DNA from: Armatimonadota bacterium
Lineage (GTDB): Bacteria > Armatimonadota > SYMT01
NCBI GenBank assembly: GCA_041690135.1
Contig: JAWLHY010000008.1
Coordinates: 32,001-96,000 of the forward strand
Direction: 5' to 3'
DNA: 64,000 nucleotides
Shown: positions 57,185-64,000 of the stretch, piece by piece
How positions within the stretch are numbered: the stretch's first letter is position 1
Layout of the letters: every line of letters begins with the position of its first letter
Made by a program: the position numbers and the translations under genes
The notes under the pieces: generated by a model
The model's database searches: none
What the model saw: only the letters and a program-made list of their open reading frames with translations
What the model was told of the DNA's origin: nothing

Positions 57185-59047
57185 TCAACTCCGGAACTGG
57201 CGCTCGAGATACTCTCGGTAGAGTTCGCAGCGGAACCGCGCGGTGGCGGCTGCCCCTCCCGTGAGTATTCCCGCGCTGCGCAGCCGGAAGAACTCCTCAT
57301 CAGAGGTACAGGCTCGGCCCGCCAACACTTCTTTGACCTGATCGCACAGGTCCGCATCCCGCAGCAACGCAAGAAGGAGGCGCCGCAGGTGATCCTTGTA
57401 GGGGCCGCCTCCTTGACGGACAGCCTCTCGGAAGCTCGCCAACGACTGATTGCCGCGGCTTAGTTCCCGCAGACCTCTCCGGACCAGGTAGGGGTGCCCT
57501 CCCGCCAGACGACGGAAGTCTTCCAACTCCTGCCCGGACAGCGGACTGCCGTGAAGTTGATTCAACCTTTCTACCTGGTCCGGAGTAAAGTCCTCCAACT
57601 CCAACCGGGTGCCCACGTTAAAAGGGGACTGGTTGAGGTCCGCCACGAAGAGATGGGCCTCCGTGGCATAGGCCATCACCAGAGAGAGCCGGTTCCAGGG
57701 GCTGGCGGGATCCAGCGCCCGTTCGTTGTGCCAAGAGCGGAACAGCGAGAAGACCTCCACGCCGAAAGGGCAGGGGAACAGGCGATCCACCTCGTCGAAA
57801 GCCCAGAGCAGGCGACCCTGTATCCGAGGAAACACCGTGGACCGCAGGTACCGACGGAGGTTGAGGCTGGGGCTGAGTTCTGGGAGCCACTGGGCACGAG
57901 GCAATTCGAGTAACTCCGCCAGACACTCCGCCAGCGCACGCAGGAGCGTCTCCGTGGATTCAAAGGCGGTGGCATCGAGCGACTGAAAGTCGGTGAGGGC
58001 CACCACGCTACCCTGACGCCGGGCGTGCTGCAGGCCACGCGCCAACAGCGATGACTTCCCGCACTGGCGGGGGCCGGTCAGCAGGACGATGCTTTCTCCG
58101 CTATCCAGGAGCGAGCAAAGCTCGCCATCGGCGGGGCGCTCCACGTAAAGCCGCGATTGCAGAGGTACGGCGCCCCCGACCGATTCCAGGCAGAGTTCCA
58201 CATGTGCGGGGTGCGCCCGCGGCGGCTCCGCAGCGGCCGCGGGCGGCGCACCGGGGGAAAGCCAGGTCGTCCCGGAGCGGGCTAGAGAGCGTGCAAACGC
58301 CTGGAGGTCGGGTCCCGGCTGCGTGTCCAACTCGCGCTTGAGCAGACGTTCCAACTCTCGGTACTGCTCCAGTGCGGCCGCGCTCTGACCCGTGGCGGCG
58401 TAAAGCCGCAACAGGCGCAGGCAGGTCTCCTCGCAAAGGGGATTGGAGCGGACACCCCGCGCCGCCAACTCGCGCGCCGCTGCCAGTTGGCCACGCTGTT
58501 CGTAGAGATCGATGAGAGCCCGGAGGCTGTCCTGATAGCGGACCTCCAGCCGGGTCTGCTCGTTGAAGATCCAATCTTCGGCGAGGCCGGCAAGTAGCTC
58601 GCCCCCGTAGAGTTCCACAGCACGAGCCAGGGCCGAGATCCGCTCCGACACCGCGCCCGCGGCCTCGGCGGTCCGGAGAAGCGCCTCGAACGACTCCAGG
58701 TCCGTGGTTACCTGCGCGGGGTCCACCATCACCGTCAGGCGATCGGCGCGAAACCAGGCATCCGGCGGCACCGGCAGAGAGGCCAGGTCCTGGCGCAGGG
58801 ACCAGAGTGCGGTACTCAGGCTGCTCCGCGCGGCCGAGAGACGGTCGTGGGGCCAGAGGAGCTCAATGAGGTGGTCGCGGCGCTGCGGATAGGGAAGGCG
58901 ATAGGCGAGATAGGCCAGGAGCGCGGTTGACTTCTGCGTGCGGAACCGGGAGACAACCTCTCCCCCCGCTTCCACGCGAAGCCCCCCGAACAGGCTGATC
59001 CGCACCGGAGTCCTGCTGCCTACACCGTCTTGTCCACTCACCGCCAA
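57185..59047 (-). CDS. SARP-family (OmpR-like HTH + BTAD) regulator fused to an AAA_35 NTPase
   Basis: ALLAYLA, LLWP, AVELYGGELL, PLCEE..LLRLY..G..AAL.QY; GGAVPL..YVER, PRQCGKSS, FDEVD, SPFNVG and GGHPYL. Confidence 0.9.
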   Translation of the reverse strand: MAVSGQDGVGSRTPVRISLFGGLRVEAGGEVVSRFRTQKSTALLAYLAYRLPYPQRRDHLIELLWPHDRLSAARSSLSTALWSLRQDLASLPVPPDAWFRADRLTVMVDPAQVTTDLESFEALLRTAEAAGAVSERISALARAVELYGGELLAGLAEDWIFNEQTRLEVRYQDSLRALIDLYEQRGQLAAARELAARGVRSNPLCEETCLRLLRLYAATGQSAAALEQYRELERLLKRELDTQPGPDLQAFARSLARSGTTWLSPGAPPAAAAEPPRAHPAHVELCLESVGGAVPLQSRLYVERPADGELCSLLDSGESIVLLTGPRQCGKSSLLARGLQHARRQGSVVALTDFQSLDATAFESTETLLRALAECLAELLELPRAQWLPELSPSLNLRRYLRSTVFPRIQGRLLWAFDEVDRLFPCPFGVEVFSLFRSWHNERALDPASPWNRLSLVMAYATEAHLFVADLNQSPFNVGTRLELEDFTPDQVERLNQLHGSPLSGQELEDFRRLAGGHPYLVRRGLRELSRGNQSLASFREAVRQGGGPYKDHLRRLLLALLRDADLCDQVKEVLAGRACTSDEEFFRLRSAGILTGGAAATARFRCELYREYLERQFRS

Positions 59048-59109
59048 TGCTCCCCTGGGTATCTCGTTATCCCCGCCGTGGCGGCTTCTCCTGCCGCCGG
59101 ACGTGCCCT

Positions 59110-59137
59110 TTGACGATCCGTTGACGCTGTGTTGACG
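59110..59137. promoter_or_regulatory. three TTGACG direct repeats at 11-bp period (candidate SARP operator)
   Basis: TTGACG at 59110, 59121 and 59132, between the SARP gene and a divergent ORF. Confidence 0.65.
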
Positions 59138-59160
59138 GAAGGGCGAACGGATAAGCCTAT

Positions 59161-59424
59161 ATGCCGCCCAGCGGCTATCAAAACGGCATCGTTTCGGGCA
59201 CCTATGTGGGATGGATTGACAATGGAGCCCGGATCACCCGTGACGGTGGTGGCACGTTCACCTTCAACTCGGTACACCTGACCGCCGCCTGGCGGGACGG
59301 GCTGCACGTCACGGTTCAGGGTTGGCTCGGCGGAAGCCTGGCGCAGTCTCGGAACCTGGTGCTGGACACTTCCGGCCCCAGCTTCCAGGTGTTCAATTGG
59401 CCCGGGCCCTGGTGGCCGGATTGA
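59161..59424 (+). CDS. small beta-rich protein or gene remnant resembling a surface-protein (PEP-CTERM-associated) domain
   Basis: SGYQNGIVSG and FTFNSVHLTAAWRDGL.VTVQG..FNW pattern; no signal peptide or anchor. Confidence 0.5.
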   Translation: MPPSGYQNGIVSGTYVGWIDNGARITRDGGGTFTFNSVHLTAAWRDGLHVTVQGWLGGSLAQSRNLVLDTSGPSFQVFNWPGPWWPD

Positions 59425-59458
59425 AGCGGCGGAAGTGAGGACCTGAAGCAGACGAGGT

Positions 59459-60100
59459 TTACGGAAGCAGGTGGCCCTTGATGCTGCAGGTTGGGTTGTC
59501 ACCCACGGCCCGGAGCGTGTAGGTGCCGCCTTCCGGGCAGACGGGCATCCGCGTCAGGTACTTCTTATCTTTCAGGAGTTCCGAGGTGGGCACGGAGCCC
59601 ACGCTCTTGCCGCCATCCAGAGCCCACTGCTCCTTGGCGGCCTCCAGATGGCGCAGGTTTCCCCGGCAGGCATCGAGCCGCTGCCGGGCCAGAGTGGCCT
59701 GGTGGGCCTTCCATTGCACGGGGTTGAGATGCAAGGTCAGGTCGCGCACCGCCATGGCCTCGCTCATAAGCGTGCCGGTGACGGTTAGGATGACTTCATC
59801 GGACTTCGCTCCCTTGTATTTGATGCGAGCGGGGTCCAGCGCGATGACCCGATGAGTTACCTGGTACTTCGAGAAATCGAGCCGCACCTTACCTTCCGGG
59901 CGCGAAAGGACCCACGGGCTCGGGAGTTCTCGGACGCGAGGGTCCGGAATGGTGCCGATGATAGTCGTGGTTGGCAGACCGGCCTTCGGGTTCCCCCCGG
60001 CCGGCGCCTGATCCTTACCCACGTTCTGGGCATGCAGGGGAAGTGCCAGGATGGTGAGCACAGCCAGGGCCAGTAGTGTTACGACGCTTCTTGAAGGCAT
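59459..60100 (-). CDS. secreted hypothetical protein with a pilin-like Cys-rich C-terminal domain
   Basis: signal peptide; C.GNL..LEAAKEQWALD...YL..MPVCPEGGTY...PTCS..GH. Confidence 0.7.
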   Translation of the reverse strand: MPSRSVVTLLALAVLTILALPLHAQNVGKDQAPAGGNPKAGLPTTTIIGTIPDPRVRELPSPWVLSRPEGKVRLDFSKYQVTHRVIALDPARIKYKGAKSDEVILTVTGTLMSEAMAVRDLTLHLNPVQWKAHQATLARQRLDACRGNLRHLEAAKEQWALDGGKSVGSVPTSELLKDKKYLTRMPVCPEGGTYTLRAVGDNPTCSIKGHLLP

Positions 60101-60115
60101 AGCGACCTCTGTAAA

Positions 60116-61432
60116 TTACGCGAGTTCCAGGCCCCGCATCGTGCCGGTGCTGCTGGCGAACCGGTCCGTCTCGAAGCCCAGGCGCTGGAGCATGGAGACG
60201 AAGAGGTTCGGCAGGGGATAATTCCGCTCCGGGTCGAAGACCAGGTGCTGTCCGTGACGGAAGCCGCCGCCCGCCAGCAGGACCGGCAGGTTGGTGGTTA
60301 CGTGGGTGTTGGCGTTGCCCATGTTGCTGCCGTAGAGCACCATCGTGCGGTCCAGGAGGGTCTCGCTTCCCTCGCGCACGGCGAGCAGATCGCTGAAGAG
60401 TTGGCCCAATTGCTTCATGTGCTCGCGGTCGATCGTCTCGAGTTGGGCTAGCTTCTTCTCCGACTTTCCATGGTGAGAGAGGCTGTGGTACCCGTCCGTG
60501 ATCTGAGCGCCATCCACCTGGATGACCGGCGAGTTGGCGCTGTCGAGCATCAGGGTCGCTACCCGGGTGGAATCGGTCTCGAAGGCCAGCCGGACAAGGT
60601 CGTACATCAGGCGAACCTTCTGCATGTATTCGGCGGGCGCGGTCGGGTCCGTGGGGATAGGCGTCTTGACCGTGGGTTTTGGCTTCCGCTCCCATTCCTT
60701 CGCGGCCCCGAGGCGCTTTTCCAGATCGCGGACCCCGGTGAAGTACTGCTCCAGCCGCTCCCGGTCGCGGGGTCCCAGGTCCTTCTGCAGGCTGCGCGCC
60801 TGTTCTCCCACGGCGTCCAGGATGCTCTGGCCGAGCGCCAGGCGCCGGAGTTGGGCCTCGACCTCCGCCTGGCTACCCTGGATGAAGAGGGCTTTGAATA
60901 CGTCGGACGGCCTTTCCTCGCAGGGGATAAGCGCTCCCGTGCCGGTCCAGGAGAGGCTGCGTTGGCCCTGGATGACGTTGATCCCCAGGGTGAGCGAGGG
61001 GAAGCGAGTGACGTGTCCAAGTTGCTCGGCGGCGTACTGGTCGAGCGAGATAGTGTTCCGGAACCCGCCGCTGGCGGGGTGAGGGGCCGCGGTGAGGAAA
61101 CAAACGTCGGAGGCATGGCTGCCGTCGACGTCCGGGTGCGAGACCCCCGAGAAGACGGTGAACTGGTTCCGGTGCTCGCGGAGTAGCTCCAGGTAAGGGG
61201 AGAGCGTGTAGCCCTTGCCGGCGCCCGTGGGGAAGAACTTCTCCGGCACGAGGCCCAGGTTGTTGCACACCGCCAGCATCCGGCGGGGTGGGGATCCGGC
61301 CGAGCCACGGGCGAAGGCCGGCCGCATCGCGTCCAGCCAGGGCAGAGCGAGGGTGACCCCGATCCCCTGCAGGATCCGGCGGCGGGAGAGCGCCCCGGAA
61401 GTGGCGAAGAAGGGTCGGGACAGGAAGCTCAT
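60116..61432 (-). CDS. DUF1552 domain protein (TAT-like leader)
   Basis: [40 protein letters not shown] and LPVLLAGG; ATGA overlap with the upstream gene. Confidence 0.92.
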   Translation of the reverse strand: MSFLSRPFFATSGALSRRRILQGIGVTLALPWLDAMRPAFARGSAGSPPRRMLAVCNNLGLVPEKFFPTGAGKGYTLSPYLELLREHRNQFTVFSGVSHPDVDGSHASDVCFLTAAPHPASGGFRNTISLDQYAAEQLGHVTRFPSLTLGINVIQGQRSLSWTGTGALIPCEERPSDVFKALFIQGSQAEVEAQLRRLALGQSILDAVGEQARSLQKDLGPRDRERLEQYFTGVRDLEKRLGAAKEWERKPKPTVKTPIPTDPTAPAEYMQKVRLMYDLVRLAFETDSTRVATLMLDSANSPVIQVDGAQITDGYHSLSHHGKSEKKLAQLETIDREHMKQLGQLFSDLLAVREGSETLLDRTMVLYGSNMGNANTHVTTNLPVLLAGGGFRHGQHLVFDPERNYPLPNLFVSMLQRLGFETDRFASSTGTMRGLELA

Positions 61433-64000
61433 TTCCATCGGAACACCTCACTCTGCACGATACCGTGAATCAAGGAGCGGACTCCGTATCCATCCGCTTT
61501 CGCGCGGTCCAGGATGCGCTCGATCTCCGCGCGGTCTCCGAAGCGGACGGGCGCTCCCGTTCCGTAGGTCGCCAACTGCCGGACCAGGTTCCGCGCCAAC
61601 TGGCGTTCGTCGGCCACGAGCAGCCGCTTCAGTTCGCGGACGTCCCGGAAGGCTTCCCCTCCCGGCAGCACGCCGTTTGCCTCCACCGGCTGCGCGTAAT
61701 GGAAAGTGAACGGCTGGCCGTTCTTTCCAAAACCGGGCACGGGCTCACCGTCACCCACCGCGCGGTAATTCCGGCGCCAGCCGCCGAACACGTCGAAGTT
61801 CTCCAGCGCGAAGCCGGCCGGGTCGATCCTCGCGTGGCACCCGGCGCATTCCGGTACCGACCGGTGCTTATCCAGTTGCTCCCGGATGGTGGTGGCGCCG
61901 CGGATGTCCGGCTCGATCGCCGGAACGCTCGGGGGAGGGGGCGGTGGCGGCTTCCCAATGATCCGCTCCATCACCCAGGCGCCCCGGAGTACCGGCGAGG
62001 TGGTGGTGCCGTTGGCGGTCACCTTAAGGATACTCGCCTGTGTCAACAGCCCGCCGCGCGGGCTGTCCGGCGGGAGCGGGACCCGCCGCAGGGCGCCCCC
62101 TTCCACCGGCGGTAGGCCATAGTGTGTCGCGAGCCGCTCGTTCAGCATGGCGAAGTCGGAAGCCGCGAGGTAGCGGGCAGGGAGGTTGCGGCGCAGCAGT
62201 TCGGAGAAGAAGAGCTGCGTCTCTTCCACGGCAGACTCTTTGAGGAGGTCGTCCAGATAGTAGTCCGGGTAAAGGGCCGCATCCGGGGCGGTGGTGTCGA
62301 TCTTGCGCAGGTCGAGCCAGTAGTCCAGGAAAGCGTCCATGAACCGGCGCGAGCGCGTGTCCGCGAGCAGCCGTGTCGTCTGGGCCTGGAGCACCCGCGG
62401 CTGGGAGAGAAGTCCGTTTTCCGCGAGCTTCCGCAATTCGGCGTCCGGCGGGGAGTTCCAGAGGAAGTAGGCGAGGCGCTCGGACAGGGCGTAGCTGTCG
62501 AGGCGGCCGGGTTGCTCCTGTACCCAGAGGAAACCGGGCGAGCAGAGGATGGCGGTATAGCCGGCAAGCAGCGCCTCCGTGAAGTTGCTTCCGCCGGCCA
62601 GCGCCTGCCGAGAGACGCCCACGAACCGCTGCAGTTCCTCTTCCCGGGCCGGGCGGCGGTAAGCTCGCAGGAGGAAGGCCTGGAGCAGGCGTTCCAGGTC
62701 CGCGGTTGGGTTCGCGGAGACGATCTCCACGGAGCCGCCGGCCGCTTTTCGCAGGGGCAGGTCGCCCGCCAGGATGCGGGCACCGTCCGGTCCTTTCTCC
62801 GTGGGGAGAGGTCCTTCCACCTCGATCCAGCGGTACGCGACGCCGGGCATGCCCTCGCGCGTGGCCAGCGGGTTCCGCCAGTTCGGCGGTCGCGAGCGGA
62901 AGAGGCGGGCGGCGTCGGGCCAGATCACGTCGCCCGGGAGCAGGTGGACCTCCAACTCGTGGACCGCTGGCTCGGGGCTGACATCGAATGATCCGAGACG
63001 GCGCTGCACGCCCGGTTTCCGGGCGTAGAGGGTAACGGGTTCATTCCGTCGGCCGGGGTAGGTCTTCGTGCGATCCGGGATCCACCACTTCTCGCCCTCG
63101 CCCGGACCGGCCCAGAAGGAGTAGGCGCTGACGCGAAGGCGGTAGCGGCCCGGCGCCTCGCATTTGAACCGGTCGAACCGCAGTTCGTTGCCGGTGTAGG
63201 TGCCGCCGACCGTGCCAAAGGCCTCCTGTTCCCGGATGACTGGGTTGGAGGCACCGACGGTCACCGGCGCTTTCCCTTCCAGCACTTCCGGCTGGGCACG
63301 GGTGCCGAGCATGGGGAAGGTGGCGCGTTCGGCGCGGGTGTTCACCCCGGGGCGATAGGTCATCTTCCGGACCAGCACCGGTTGCTCGCGGGCGTAGAAG
63401 CGGCGGGTTTCCGGCCGGGCCTGGCCCGTTTCCAGTACCTGGCGTAGCGCCAGTTCGGCGGCGCCCAGGTAGCCGGCCACCTGCACGTGCGAGACGTCGA
63501 GCGCCTCGCCGGACTTGTTGAAGCGGTGCGCTTCCCCATCTTCCGGCAGCATCTCCTTCACGTGCAGCCAGGGGGCGTTCAGCAGGTCCCGCAGGGTGTT
63601 CTCGTACTCATACCGGTTCAGGCGGCGAAGGACCGCGCGCCCCTCTCGCCGCGCGCGCGCCCGGTCCGCCGCGGCCAGTGGGCCGGCAGTCGACTGCAGA
63701 AACCGGCGCACTGCCGCCGGCTTGGGTCGGCCAGCGTCCTTCGGCGGCATCTCGCCGTCGCGAATCCGGTCGTGGATCTTCACCCACGCCGCGAAGCTCG
63801 TGGGGTCGTCCGGGTCGAACCGCAGCGTGGTGAGGTCCAGCCCACCGCTGCGGGTGGCGCCAGCGTGGCACGCGAAGCAGTGCTCGCGCAGGAATGCCTG
63901 TGACGGACCCGGCGGTTCGGCGGCGACGGCAAGCGACGCTCCGATCCAGAGGCCGGCGAGTAAAACGACGGCGTGCCGTTGGTGAACGAACGGGCGAGAC
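61429..64000 (-). CDS. DUF1592/DUF1588/DUF1585-type Planctomycete cytochrome c protein (start just beyond window)
   Basis: open frame to the window edge with signal peptide and HCFACH; [32 protein letters not shown] and CAGCH. Confidence 0.92.
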   Translation of the reverse strand, partial: SRPFVHQRHAVVLLAGLWIGASLAVAAEPPGPSQAFLREHCFACHAGATRSGGLDLTTLRFDPDDPTSFAAWVKIHDRIRDGEMPPKDAGRPKPAAVRRFLQSTAGPLAAADRARARREGRAVLRRLNRYEYENTLRDLLNAPWLHVKEMLPEDGEAHRFNKSGEALDVSHVQVAGYLGAAELALRQVLETGQARPETRRFYAREQPVLVRKMTYRPGVNTRAERATFPMLGTRAQPEVLEGKAPVTVGASNPVIREQEAFGTVGGTYTGNELRFDRFKCEAPGRYRLRVSAYSFWAGPGEGEKWWIPDRTKTYPGRRNEPVTLYARKPGVQRRLGSFDVSPEPAVHELEVHLLPGDVIWPDAARLFRSRPPNWRNPLATREGMPGVAYRWIEVEGPLPTEKGPDGARILAGDLPLRKAAGGSVEIVSANPTADLERLLQAFLLRAYRRPAREEELQRFVGVSRQALAGGSNFTEALLAGYTAILCSPGFLWVQEQPGRLDSYALSERLAYFLWNSPPDAELRKLAENGLLSQPRVLQAQTTRLLADTRSRRFMDAFLDYWLDLRKIDTTAPDAALYPDYYLDDLLKESAVEETQLFFSELLRRNLPARYLAASDFAMLNERLATHYGLPPVEGGALRRVPLPPDSPRGGLLTQASILKVTANGTTTSPVLRGAWVMERIIGKPPPPPPPSVPAIEPDIRGATTIREQLDKHRSVPECAGCHARIDPAGFALENFDVFGGWRRNYRAVGDGEPVPGFGKNGQPFTFHYAQPVEANGVLPGGEAFRDVRELKRLLVADERQLARNLVRQLATYGTGAPVRFGDRAEIERILDRAKADGYGVRSLIHGIVQSEVFRWK

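Noticed and set aside
9-63985. numerous long antisense or alternate-frame ORFs in the ORF track (e.g. 43708-45105, 30424-31794, 11218-12456)
   Set aside because: shadow ORFs expected in high-GC DNA; they overlap well-supported genes and have Arg/Pro/Gly-rich, motif-free translations

Overview
High-GC bacterial chromosomal window. The gene mix (Planctomycete-type DUF1501/DUF1549-1553/DUF1552/DUF1592 clusters, a prepilin H-X9-DG protein, BTAD regulator, VanW, PrsW) suggests Armatimonadota or a similar lineage; this is inference only. Recognisable genes include ggt, ilvD, cysS, a peroxiredoxin, selB, tRNA-Gly(CCC), a PIN toxin-antitoxin pair, a frameshifted TAT-exported Mo-bisPGD oxidoreductase with an FeS partner and an OprO/P-like porin. 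A decayed accessory block follows the tRNA, and there are many REP-like intergenic repeats. Three candidates stand out. (1) A hidden selenoprotein: a dual-specificity/protein-tyrosine phosphatase (15599-16051, minus) whose catalytic HCX5R cysteine codon is an in-frame UGA (H-U-MGGGG-R), followed by a SECIS-like hairpin, about 3 kb from selB. (2) A small protein ending in a ubiquitin-like ...LVPLVGG, encoded directly upstream of a DUF4132 protein, with no E1/E2 in the window. (3) A tandem pair of AAA_35/STAND-like NTPases (SARP-BTAD-NTPase and NTPase-WD40-TPR) next to three TTGACG repeats at exact 11-bp spacing. All family assignments come from motif recognition by eye, not database searches.
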